Assembly: GCF_964355755.1 (NCBI RefSeq)
Contig: NC_092677.1
Location: forward strand, 11,864,101-11,928,100
DNA: 64,000 nt
Source: Antedon mediterranea
Lineage: Eukaryota > Animalia > Echinodermata
Direction: 5' to 3'
Shown: piece after piece, positions 56,201 through 62,705 of the stretch
How positions within the stretch are numbered: position 1 is the stretch's first letter
Layout: each line of letters begins with the position of its first letter
Translations under genes and position numbers: made by a program
The notes under the pieces: model-generated
Seen by the model: the letters and a program-made list of their open reading frames with translations, nothing else
Database searches by the model: none
What the model was told of the DNA's origin: nothing

Positions 56201-59200
56201 TACAAGTATATGCATCCATAATACATATATATATACATTTATGTGTCCTGTAGACTTACCTCTCTCGCACTGCCTGCCTTTGAATCCCCTAGGACAAACA
56301 CACTGGGTAAGCATACAATAGCGCCCTCCTGCACATTGGCTGTGGTAAATGCATGTCCCTCCATTAAGACATGGTTGGCGACAGACAGGTCCAGCTAAAA
56401 GGAAATAAAGATTTATTTCAACGTTTTTATTTCAGATGTATAAAATTGGAAAAACAAAAATTATTGTATTGTCTATATGGGGAATCACAAGAGATAAACT
56501 GTATTAAATAGTTGTCATAATCTATACACATAGATTAATATAACACATTGCGGGTATAAGACATGGTACAGACCTTGAGTTAAAATCCCTGGTGGAGTGT
56601 AATTATGGCACTATAAAAGATACAGTATCCTTCAACAGAATGAAATAACCTAAAGTGAACTTTATAACATTGCTGATTTTATTAAACTTTAAAATAATTA
56701 TTTTAAATTTTGACTCAATTCAAGTAATATTTACTATAAAAAGCACACTCATATGCAAAAGGCAGTTTAGCACATATGATAACTCCAAAATGTATCATCT
56801 GAAAGTTGAGATAAAGAAAGTACAAGAACAAATGCCTCACAGCGAAGCAGGTTTCAATTTATTTCAAATTTCCCACATACACAAAAAGGCTTAATTTACT
56901 GTACCTGATCGGCATGTACGTTTATCTGGCTGGAGTTTGTATCCGCTTGGGCATGAGCAGTAGAAGCTACCAACAGTGTTGACACATCGATTACTGCATG
57001 CTGAGGTCGATGCAGTGTTAGAACACTCATCAACATCTTTACAATAAAAAAAATACATTTAATTATAAAATGATAATTCAGCACTTCGATTTGCAAATAC
57101 CAAAATAGGTCAGGTCAATCAGTGTGTCAACTGTCATTGCCTGGACCTAGAAACCATCAGAGCTAAGGAGCGAGGACACGCGTTGCATTATCTCCACATA
57201 CGCACAACTAACTAACATGACATAGTTGGTTGTCGGTTGTCGCAAATGCTCCCTATTGTATCATTGTGTCTTGTATAATGTGGATTGAAAAATGTCCATA
57301 AATAATAAAACCAACTAATAATAGGGGAATGACCTGTGTGGCCTACTGAGTTGAAATTGTGAGCAGGTGTGGATTAAGCTAAACCATGATGTCTTTTCTG
57401 CCAAAATACGTCAGTTATTTTTTCGCCTGTTAACAATGACACAGCTCAAATGAAGACTCTTTAAGATACTAATTTTTACACATTACGTGTTCTGAAAGCA
57501 CACATTATCCAAATATGTACACTCAACACTGCACTTATCGAGTAGAGTGGCTGTAAGTCATAGCCATAAAATTGGCGCAGGTTCAAAGTTCTCTTTGAAG
57601 TTTTCTCAGATAAGGACTTGTGGGAGGTTACTCCAATGTACTAGTCCATCTCTACCCCTGTCATGTGATGTACCCAAATATGGTAGTGATGTGCCTAAAT
57701 ATGGTAGTGATATGACATCATCATGGCACATCACAATTTTGTTGTCACATAAAGTTTGAGCGTGTAGACAGAGCTTAAAGAGCATTGTCTGTTTGGGGAG
57801 ATTAAAAAAGAAAAGAGTGCATTATAACAAATCTTTAAAAAACCTCCAGTGACCTCTAAAGCCCTGTCTACACTATCAAACTAATTTGACAAAAAAAAGT
57901 GTGATTTGCCTACATATGGTAGTGATAAGCCCAAATATGGTACTGATATGACACCATCGTGTCCATATATGAGCACATCCCATTTTTTTGTCACATAAAT
58001 TTTTAAAGTGTAGACAGAACTTTATACCGTACACTTTTAAAGACTCACCAACACATCTGTCATTATCATCTTTGGTAAATCCTGTAGCACACTGTTGCTG
58101 GTTACAATTAGTACAACTAGATAGCGGGATGCAACGGCGTCGATCGTAATATAACCGATAGTTGGGACGGCATGTACAGTAGTAGCTGCCAAGAGTGTTA
58201 CGACATTCATGTTGGCATCCTCCCTTGGACACGGATAAACATTCATTTATGTCTAGAAAAAAATACTTTGAATGTTATGTTTGATTTGTTATATAATATT
58301 TTGAAACAGATAACGAAAAATACTGACAGTTTGAATGCCAATGAAAGCAAAAGAAGCAGTGGATAAAATCCAACAATATTAGGGATACTTCAACAAGTAT
58401 CAGAGAAAAGGTGATTATTGAGACATTTAGAAGCGATATGACTTTTATTCAGCACTGGACTAAATGTGGCTGACTATGATGATGTGGTACTATACCATGC
58501 AAATATTATTGTAATTAATGTTGTACCTCTACAATTTCTACCACCAGCTTCAAGCTGGTAGCCTGACCGGCAGAGACAGCGGTATCCGTTGGCAGTGTCT
58601 GTACAATGGTGATCACAGATATCAGGAGTACAGTGTTTGGTACCTATACAATTAAATAAAACAATTATTTCTTGTTGATTATTAATACTGTAATAATTTA
58701 GTATTGTGATTTAATCTAACCCTATGCTATCACGTTACCTATTGATCATTATCACATAAAACATTTTTTGTGGTTCTTACGTTGGCATCTTGTTCTACTT
58801 CCAGTGACAAAGCCCCCTTCACATGAACACTGATAGCTACCAATCGTGTTCTGACATTCGCCCTCACATTCATGAATTCCTTCGCATTCATCAATATCTG
58901 AAAAAAAAAACAATCATACATGTTTGCCCCACATTTGAATTGATTAGGTTGAGACAGGTTAGGTAGTAAAAAAAGTCTTGTCTACTTTATAAGATTCCTA
59001 CTGTATTATAACTCTACAGGTAGGTATCTCACCTCGGGGGTCACTTTAAATATTTCCATTCTGGGAGGTGCCGCATTTATGGGTTATATCTTTGTGGGCG
59101 TGGTAGCACAAAGTGTGGAAAAATATGGGGAAGTGCAGAATATCCCCTGGGTGTCTCACTCACAAACTACCAACACCACTGTTGGTTTGTGTAATTGTTA

Positions 59201-59751
59201 TTAAGCATACTATGGAGAAATAAGTTGAGATATTTCTCCATGAACAATGGACTTACCGTTACACATCTTGCGATCAGCGGCCAATCTCATTCCAGTAGGA
59301 CAAAGACATTCATATGACCCACGAGTATTTTTACATTGGTAATGACATAATCCTGGCATTTCTCTACATTCGTCAACATCTGCAAACAAATTAAATCCAA
59401 TCAAATGATAAATGTACTTGCAACAAAATGTAGGAGTGCTAAACCAGAGGCCTTTTTCCCCAGTGTTATGCCACTGCGAGAGAACCCATGATCTGCATAC
59501 TGGGAGACCATCCCCTACTATTTTCTAATAGTGTATCAAGTACATTATAATTCATGTACAGTATGTATATAGAATGAACGGCTTTACAATCAGTCCAAAC
59601 AACAACAAATTGTACAAAGACCTACCTAAGCAATTGCGCTTGTTTGAGTGTAGTCTATAGCCATCTGGACACTGGCAATGAAAGGAACCGTCCATGTTCT
59701 TGCATCCCATTTCACATACTTGCTGGCCATAAGTACTGCATTCATTTACAT
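24..59751 (-). CDS. Giant multi-exon extracellular protein (partial): cbEGF/EGF region, Ig, Frizzled CRD, then an alternating EGF/Ig array; about 130 exons and about 5,700 aa within the window
   Basis: About 130 minus-strand segments, each bounded by an AG acceptor and a GT donor, translate into EGF (CxxxCxNGGxCxxGxCxCxxGFxGxxC), cbEGF (D(V/I)(N/D)EC...CxNxxGS(Y/F)xC) or half-Ig (C...P.W; DxGxYxC) motifs. The splice phases join into one continuous frame. Many minus-strand ORFs in the track are these exons plus intron read-through. No signal peptide, start or stop exon seen, so the gene extends beyond the window. That all exons belong to one transcript is inferred. Confidence 0.9.
1425..1700 (+). 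mobile_element. tRNA-derived SINE remnant
   Basis: B box GGTTCGAATCC at 1480-1490, then CTTAGGCAAGACAATTTAC...GCCTCTCTCCACCCAG...AAATGGATACC (resembles CORE-type SINE bodies) and an AT-rich tail. Boundaries approximate. Confidence 0.6.
2695..2895. repeat. 57-bp minisatellite, about 3 copies
   Basis: TAAATAGAACATCTTTAT(C/T)TGCAGTA(A/G)CCT(C/A)GGGATCTACTAGTGTAATAATTATTA at 2701, 2758 and 2815. Confidence 0.92.
4200..4350. mobile_element. PIF/Harbinger-like MITE, family A
   Basis: TIR AGCTCTGTCTACACTATCAAA, TTA on both flanks, internal GTGATGTGCCCAAATATGGTA-like repeats. Confidence 0.85.
6567..6702. mobile_element. MITE family A
   Basis: Both TIRs present, TTA on both flanks. Confidence 0.85.
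8478..8759 (-). CDS. Canonical I-set Ig exon with a Dscam-like motif pattern
   Basis: 282-nt exon: [41 protein letters not shown]...[25 protein letters not shown]. Confidence 0.88.
8945..13702 (-). CDS. EGF / split-Ig repeat array, part 5
   Basis: Ig 13556-13702+13089-13226; Ig 12810-12950+12471-12611; EGF 12166-12264; unsplit Ig 11702-12001; EGF 11362-11460; Ig 10784-10942+10321-10464; EGF 10066-10164; Ig 9797-9943+8945-9085. Confidence 0.87.
13806..15857 (-). CDS. Seven tandem short EGF-like exons
   Basis: 15765-15857, 15364-15459, 15092-15187, 14845-14937, 14425-14517, 14172-14267, 13806-13904. Each is 93-99 nt, phase 1-1, with six Cys. Confidence 0.87.
14131..14156. mobile_element. 26-bp perfect palindrome with 7-bp TSD (P-type transposon footprint or micro-element)
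   Basis: ATCTGGC-CATAGAGATATTATAATATCTCTATG-ATCTGGC. Confidence 0.75.
14647..14767. mobile_element. MITE family A (left TIR degenerate)
   Basis: CTACACTATCAAACT...TTTGATAGTGTAGACAGAGCT. Confidence 0.8.
15995..16515 (-). CDS. 28-nt linker microexon plus canonical I-set Ig exon
   Basis: 16488-16515 ([10 protein letters not shown], phase 1 to 2, donor GTAAGT) joins 15995-16284 (phase 2 to 1; [24 protein letters not shown]...[15 protein letters not shown]). 28+290=318 nt restores the frame. Confidence 0.85.
16673..20966 (-). CDS. EGF / split-Ig repeat array, part 4
   Basis: Ig 20817-20966+20460-20600; EGF 20274-20372; Ig 19899-20051+19591-19728; EGF 19345-19449; Ig 19051-19200+18696-18836; EGF 18402-18500; Ig 18110-18259+17813-17953; EGF 17518-17619; Ig 17016-17171+16673-16810. 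Confidence 0.87.
21105..21280 (+). mobile_element. tRNA-derived SINE
   Basis: tRNA-like head 21105-21188 (acceptor-stem-like GAGCGAG/CTCGCTC, A box TGGCCAAGCAG, B box GGTTCGAGGC), then a body (GGTAGAACAAGTC...TAAAGAACC) shared with segments at about 6060-6260, 36850-36990 and 63690-63890 (minus). Confidence 0.65.
21371..26420 (-). CDS. EGF / split-Ig repeat array, part 3
   Basis: Ig 26259-26420+25823-25963; EGF 25411-25509; Ig 25054-25206+24649-24795; EGF 24409-24504; Ig 24064-24216+23791-23931; EGF 23354-23449, 23106-23201; Ig 22810-22956+22573-22707; EGF 22327-22422; unsplit Ig 21723-22019; EGF 21371-21469. Confidence 0.87.
25650..25775. mobile_element. MITE family A, reverse orientation, right TIR partly deleted
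   Basis: ACTCTGTCTACACTATCAAACTTTATGTGAC...; the internal sequence is the reverse complement of the 4200 copy. Confidence 0.8.
26652..32476 (-). CDS. EGF / split-Ig repeat array, part 2
   Basis: EGF 32378-32476; Ig 31608-31769+31103-31243; EGF 30705-30803, 30401-30499; Ig 30149-30307+29790-29924; EGF 29536-29634, 29140-29238; probable 39-nt linker exon 28863-28901; EGF 28716-28811; Ig 27352-27507+26904-27050; EGF 26652-26750. Confidence 0.87.
27165..27251 (+). mobile_element. Short HINE/DINE-1-like (Helentron-associated) element remnant
   Basis: T-run, AGTCGTGTGC...GCACACGACT subterminal inverted repeat, GGTCGGTC microsatellite seed and ...GGCCTTGTT end. The family call rests on structure only. 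Confidence 0.45.
29988..30113. mobile_element. MITE family A, reverse orientation
   Basis: Both TIRs recognisable. Confidence 0.8.
31400..31524. mobile_element. MITE family A
   Basis: AGCTTTGTCTACACTATCAAACTAG...; right TIR partly deleted. Confidence 0.8.
33104..39655 (-). CDS. EGF / split-Ig repeat array, part 1
   Basis: EGF 39563-39655; Ig 39253-39402+38793-38936; EGF 38408-38506; Ig 37429-37581+37086-37226; EGF 36678-36779, 36481-36582; Ig 36167-36313+35894-36040; EGF 35519-35629; Ig 35088-35267+34800-34937; EGF 34430-34537, 34217-34321; Ig 33746-33898+33407-33550; EGF 33104-33202. Confidence 0.87.
34085..34211. mobile_element. MITE family A, truncated at a splice donor
   Basis: Left TIR and internal repeats present; similarity ends at the donor of exon 34217-34321. 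Confidence 0.8.
39924..40334 (-). CDS. Frizzled-type cysteine-rich domain (FZ/CRD) exon
   Basis: 411-nt phase 1-1 exon with 10 Cys in FZ-like spacing: [20 protein letters not shown]...[18 protein letters not shown]...[14 protein letters not shown]...[10 protein letters not shown]. Donor is TTTA|GTGAGT. Confidence 0.85.
40497..41064 (-). CDS. First Ig-like domain, split over two exons
   Basis: 40912-41064 ([20 protein letters not shown]) plus 40497-40628 ([21 protein letters not shown]). Confidence 0.85.
41380..44727 (-). CDS. Exons 16-25: ten tandem short EGF-like domains, one per exon
   Basis: Exons 44632-44727, 44338-44436, 44003-44095, 43623-43715, 43272-43364, 42393-42485, 42114-42206, 41781-41879, 41570-41671, 41380-41487 (93-108 nt each). 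Example: [28 protein letters not shown]. Confidence 0.9.
43454..43550. mobile_element. MITE family A (internally deleted)
   Basis: Both TIRs present, TAA on both flanks. An isolated right TIR also occurs at about 44263-44283. Confidence 0.8.
44946..47676 (-). CDS. Exons 11-15: interspersed short EGF and cbEGF domains
   Basis: Exons 47584-47676, 47344-47469, 46965-47057, 46599-46712, 44946-45068. Example: [31 protein letters not shown]. Confidence 0.9.
45288..46370. mobile_element. Non-autonomous DNA transposon with hAT-like ends, 1083 bp
   Basis: 16-bp TIRs CAGGGCCGTAGCCAGG / CAGGCCCGTAGCCAGG (1 mismatch), subterminal GGGGGTTCG repeats, 5-bp direct repeat ATACT on both flanks. Richer in GC and CpG than surrounding introns; no transposase ORF. 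Confidence 0.85.
47754..48200 (+). repeat. 5' LTR
   Basis: TGTAATAAAT...TTCGTGACA. Candidate TATA box TATATAAA at 47953-47960 and ATTAAA at 48077-48082. Confidence 0.95.
48206..48218 (+). promoter_or_regulatory. Primer-binding site, tRNA-Leu type
   Basis: TGGTGGCAGCGGT, 5 nt after the 5' LTR, is complementary to the 3' end ACCGCUGCCACCA typical of metazoan tRNA-Leu(AAG/UAG). Confidence 0.8.
48534..51263 (+). CDS. Retrotransposon Gag (SCAN-like capsid region, CCHC knuckle), protease and integrase; ends at an in-frame TAG
   Basis: ETYRQRFR...LEQLIDIMP...WVKEHKP...AELADNY (SCAN-like); [14 protein letters not shown] zinc knuckle; LIDSGC protease; SHDIPLAGH...CESC HHCC; MDIVGP, TDQGSNF and [12 protein letters not shown] motifs. 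Confidence 0.93.
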   Translation: MADKQSTTRSGREYSGGDETDSDVESVQSVQPEQQAEESGPTSGHNPTGADSFSKDFLLLMQQQMQQQMQQQMQQQMQQQMQQQNLMMQQMMDRQERLRREDMEKQQALVMALMDKQKDSEEKRLKDMMRLKEVQIAKLSDSDDIENYLTTFERIANTYEWRKEHWVVKLIPHLTGTARAAYASLPVTESNQYDIVKKAILQRYDITEETYRQRFRSIKKKSEESYREMYVRLKDLFTKWARPADKSKDDLAEIVILEQLIDIMPTGVQIWVKEHKPNSGLNTAELADNYFQARKGIDFEKKFQNRKHENRNNQEKTVKGTPEVDSKGNNNPPDNFQKSQSDARQPLVCRRCKKVGHIERFCRSKDGFLSTKTDTVSKPCTPYICRGLVEGCDCEILIDSGCDMTLVHSDLVAAKKIDRAEQAKITCRCVHDHVQAYPTAFVNIKVNNKDHNLLVGVCSDLPRDVILGRDFPKFGDLLGKGNKNHDRHSFVATRDHARKEKLREENELNSEKASGVISRQLDDVVNFQEEFGHLDGQLLSDNPPKEKVHKTRSEKRKVRKEFAKTKEAQSSQDSELDILDIGKDKIKDYQVKDRTLISLRERMLVQKDDDTIKIVCKDGILFRQVFTKHQTEPIEQLVVPYPCRNSVLKVSHDIPLAGHLGRKKTLDRIKQRFFWPGIRKDVTEYCNTCESCQKTSKYKTKLKAPMIPMPIISEPFRRIAMDIVGPLARSKTGNKYVLVICDYATRYPEAIPLRSIGAPKIADELIKLFSRVGVPTEILTDQGSNFTSKLLSQIYKLFSIKGLTTSPYHPQTDGLVERFNGTLKAMIRKFVQDDPREWDKLLPYLLFAYREVPQESTGFSPFELLYGWKVRGPLDIMKEKWTGTVTGPQSVVSHVVKMRDRLTSMKDLV
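48713..48786 (+). repeat. 12-bp coding tandem repeat (MQQQ)n in the Gag N-terminus
   Basis: ATGCAACAGCAA repeated about 6 times. Confidence 0.9.
51264..53021 (+). CDS. Same-frame continuation: integrase C-terminus (GPY/F motif), reverse transcriptase, RNase H
   Basis: After the TAG the frame stays open (ENIELSQ...KWQGPYKV) and runs into the 51444-53021 ORF (offset from 48534 is 2910 nt, divisible by 3). Motifs: [45 protein letters not shown]. Confidence 0.93.
   Translation, partial: ENIELSQTRQKQKYDQKFVCREFSPGDEVLLLLPSSNDALEAKWQGPYKVLRKLGPVNYEVETNDKRKKSKVYHINLLKQFHRRAIEVMLAINDVTGQDEGQDKDILWSNISSSNLTLDSGEGLDESQLSDLAEVFSEFDSVLQDKPGKTTVIKHDIEMNLGVHPVRLRAYPIPQAKLSKVKKEIESMLELGVIEESHSPWSSPYIMVPKPDGTARFCVNYKKVNSLSKFDAYPMPRIDEIIGRVGPAKFITKLDLCKGYWQVPLTERSKPYTAFSTPMGLYQFRYLPFGLHGAPATFQRMMDQLLRKKESYAAAYMDDLVIFSPDWESHIHHLRDIFQTLKQANLTVKPAKCSFAHSKVHYLGYVVGEGMIRPQKTKVEAVVQWENPKTKKDVKSFLGLTGYYRKFIPNYADIAAPLTDLTGKKHPDKIKWTPECEDALVKLKQALCSDPVLRNPDFDAEFILQTDASDRGLGAVLSQLGPDGTDHPVLYLSRKMFPRKQNYATIEKECLAIKWAVESLRYYLLGRKFKIVTDHQPLKWLVEMKETNKRLTRWSLDLQPYCFTVVHRSGISNGNADGLSQKPLT
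53236..53250 (+). promoter_or_regulatory. Polypurine tract
   Basis: AGAAAGAGGGGAGAG directly before the 3' LTR. Confidence 0.9.
53251..53697 (+). repeat. 3' LTR
   Basis: Same length as the 5' LTR; three transition differences found by eye. Confidence 0.95.
53702..53809. mobile_element. MITE family A remainder; its first 7 bp lie at 47747-47753, split off by the LTR element
   Basis: Removing the LTR element and one TSD gives TTA|AGCCTTGCCTATACTTCCAAACTTTATGTGAC...GTGTAGACAGACCT|TTA. Confidence 0.8.
53838..59751 (-). CDS. Exons 1-10 in window: mostly calcium-binding EGF domains plus some short EGFs
   Basis: Exons 59626-59751, 59257-59379, 58781-58897, 58527-58643, 58049-58252, 56905-57036, 56260-56394, 54613-54834, 54151-54246, 53838-53960. 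Examples: [40 protein letters not shown] and [30 protein letters not shown]. Confidence 0.9.
57660..58021. mobile_element. Two adjacent MITE family A copies (about 57660-57775 partial; 57860-58021 complete)
   Basis: Internal 21-bp repeats and TIRs GTGTAGACAGAGCT / AGCCCTGTCTACACTATCAAA. Confidence 0.8.
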
Positions 59752-59940
59752 CTAAAACAAAATATATTTTTAACTTGAAAATGAGAATACAGAACCAGTG
59801 TCCGTATTATTTCCCTTAAATTGTATTCACTTACAGTAGATAGGAGATTTTTTTTTATTGGTAAGTGTTTCCCTTAGTCTAAGTGTGAATGGTGAATACG
59901 GCCACAGGCACCTAAATATTGAGGTATTCCTTATTACTAA

Positions 59941-59970
59941 CATGGAACTATAATATAAGATAGTTCCATG
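59941..59970. mobile_element. 30-bp palindrome of a related family with a near-perfect 7-bp TSD
   Basis: TTACTAA-CATGGAACTATAATATAAGATAGTTCCATG-TTATTAA. Confidence 0.6.
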
Positions 59971-60479
59971 TTATTAAACATCATTTAATACAACACTGTG
60001 GGATCCCAAACTGTCAGGATATATTCTTAATTATTCCTGTATTGTACATTTAAGCTGAATGTCACTGATACTAAATACCAATTGTAAAAATTCAAGAATT
60101 CTTAAAATTAATTTGTAAATCATACAGCATATATGGCATTTTAATTATTTTTGTACACAGAAACAATGGAAATTGCTGGATACTAATATAAAACCTTTCA
60201 GAGTGACTAGACTCTTATGATTATAATATCTATAATAATCCATAAATGAAGGACAGAAGCCATTTCATCTGTTGCTGTCTAAGCCTGCTGTCTATGGAAA
60301 CAACGAATATTATATAAAATGCCAACATTCATGAAACATTACTCATACAAATGGTAATTGATGATTGTGGTGTGGTTAATAAAGTTAGAATTTAGCATCC
60401 TTATCACATAGATCAATGAATATAGCTTTAAATAAATGGTGACACATAACAGTCTCTTAGAAACTAATTTTAGCGATAC

Positions 60480-60506
60480 CATAGAGATATTATAAATATC
60501 TCTATG
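60480..60506. mobile_element. 27-bp palindrome of the same family with a different 7-bp TSD
   Basis: GCGATAC-CATAGAGATATTATAAATATCTCTATG-GCGATAC. Confidence 0.75.
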
Positions 60507-60748
60507 GCGATACTAAAGATACTGCACATCAGATTTAGGAAAAGTTGTATCATACTTTGACAATAATCTTAACTGATTTTAATTCATAAATTTACTCTGC
60601 TTGAAAATATAAAATAATGAAAAAGGTGATGTGTAAATTTACTTTATTCAAAAGATTTAGTAAATGTGCATAAGGTTTTATAATGTTGACAAAATATAAT
60701 TACTGTAGCCATTGGTTTTATTGTATGAATCACTCTGGCAAATGTTTA

Positions 60749-61041
60749 AGCCTGTTTTCCAGTAAATATTGAGTTGCAGCGAGTTGCGTTGAATTGACCG
60801 GATTCAACAATTTTAAAGGAAAAGGGGTAAAAATCAATGTTATAAATCTTTAAAATCTGCAATCGTTGCAGTTGAACTCAGTTACGTAGCCGGAATTGGC
60901 TTTGCATGTTCCAGCAACGCTCGAAAGAACCAAGAAACCAAGAACGATCGTGTAAAAATGTTCACATTTTTAGCGGTCTAACTTGATTATCGTTATTCAT
61001 TTTCAACGATTTGAAATTTCATCTCGACGGGAAAAAAGGCG
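60749..61041. mobile_element. Second Harbinger-like MITE, family B
   Basis: Imperfect TIRs (AGCCTGTTTTCCAGT at left, ACGGGAAAAAAGGCG at right), TTA on both flanks, internal GTTGCAG/GTTGCG repeats. Confidence 0.55.
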
Positions 61042-61460
61042 TTAGGAAAATGTTTGTTAATGCACATTGTTGTGAGCCACCAATAAGAAAAATCATAAAT
61101 CTGTTTTGAAAAAAAAATTTGTTGAATAACATTTTACAAAATCCGCAAATGTACATAAAAGTATCTAAAATTCACTTGTTATAACTAGCTTTTTAAATCC
61201 ATTCTTGGAAATTCTATGAAAAAAAAAAAGTTGGCAAGACAATGAAATAAATCATGCTTAATTTAGCAATCTTCTAAAATGTGGTTAGTGATTGAAATAT
61301 GGCAGTGAGTTAGGTTTCCTGTGGGAATAATGAGTGGTACAGCGTGTTCCCTACCTGACATTGCAAGGGGAAACACACATGACCACATCCCTAAGGATAT
61401 TAACATAGCTATGGTGTTTATACATTAGTACACTATTGTGAATAAAAACAATTTGGAAAA

Positions 61461-61682
61461 TGGTTTAAATGTTGTAAATTATCAGTGAAAAGCCAATTTT
61501 CCACTAGGTAAATTTGTTCGCGTGAATTGAAAGCCTCGGCCTATACACATGCATAGAGAGGGATTTGGAAGATTGAAACACATAAATATGCATGTGTATA
61601 AGCTGATGCTTTCGATTCGCGCGAAAAAATTCGCCTAATGTAAAAATTGGCTTTTCACTGATAATTTACAACATTTAAACCA
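61461..61682. repeat. Foldback inverted repeat, arms about 95 bp
   Basis: TGGTTTAAATGTTGTAAATTATCAGTGAAAAGCCAATTTT... pairs with ...AAAATTGGCTTTTCACTGATAATTTACAACATTTAAACCA. The outer 40 bp are perfect; the inner arms are imperfect. Confidence 0.9.
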
Positions 61683-62364
61683 AAGTTTTTTTTTTTGTTT
61701 TTTATTGATTTCCACTGTAATTAATAACTGTATTACAATAAACATCATAAAGAGAGATATGTTGCTGGTGGGCAAATAAGTTCAAGTTAAGTTTGCACTC
61801 CACATTTCAATTTTGTGTAGCCCTATAGTTTTAAAAGACTTAACCTACTAGGGGGTAGGGGAGAGGGTGAAGATAACATATTTTCTACTGAAGCATGACA
61901 ATTTGTTGGAAAAAAGTATTGATTTATTGCCACTTTCAAGTTGTGCTGTAATTTAAAAAATTAATTAGAGTATTAAACAGACTTTTTTTTCCCTGAATAC
62001 TCTGGCTCTCTACTTTTCAAGACGTATCTGCGACATTAAATTAAACTTAAACACTAACTTAATTATTTCTAACATCATCAACATAACTGCCTCCGGAATG
62101 AAAACACCGGTATTATGAACGGGACTAGAATGCTTGGCTAGTTAACAAGATGATCTTATTTCATAATACTCTTCTAAGCCTTGGAGGAAAGTGAAAGAGA
62201 AAGTTTACATTACAAGCTAAACTGTAACATGAAACACACTCCCAGTATAAAAGTTCATCAAACATATGGTAAAGATACTTTCAGTTAAAATAGAAATCTT
62301 AAAAGTTGAAATAGGTTTGAAAATCCTAAAAAAAAAACCAGACACCTGTATTTGAGGTCTTAGA

Positions 62365-62705
62365 AAGCCCGCACATTGGAAACACGGCTGGTGTTTCAGG
62401 TTTGTCAATGGTTACTCATAGATTCTTTTATAGTATTTTTTGTTATGTTTAATTTACTTATAACTAGATTTTGTCAATAAATAATCTTTGAAAGATCGCA
62501 TTGGAAAAACAGGTGTTGTGTCCGAGGTTTGTAAATAGTTACTCATAAATTCTTTTATATTATTTTATTTTAATGTTTAATTTACATATAACTAGCTTTC
62601 ATGAATAAATAAGCATTGAAAGGCTGCATTGGGGACTTGGGTTGTGTGTAAATGGTTACTCATCAATTCTTCTATATTAAGTTTTTTATGTTTAATTTAC
62701 TTATA
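62365..62705. repeat. Degenerate tandem repeat of about 120 bp, about 3 copies
   Basis: AAT(G/A)GTTACTCAT...ATGTTTAATTTAC(T/A)TATA recurs at about 62407, 62534 and 62651. Confidence 0.8.
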
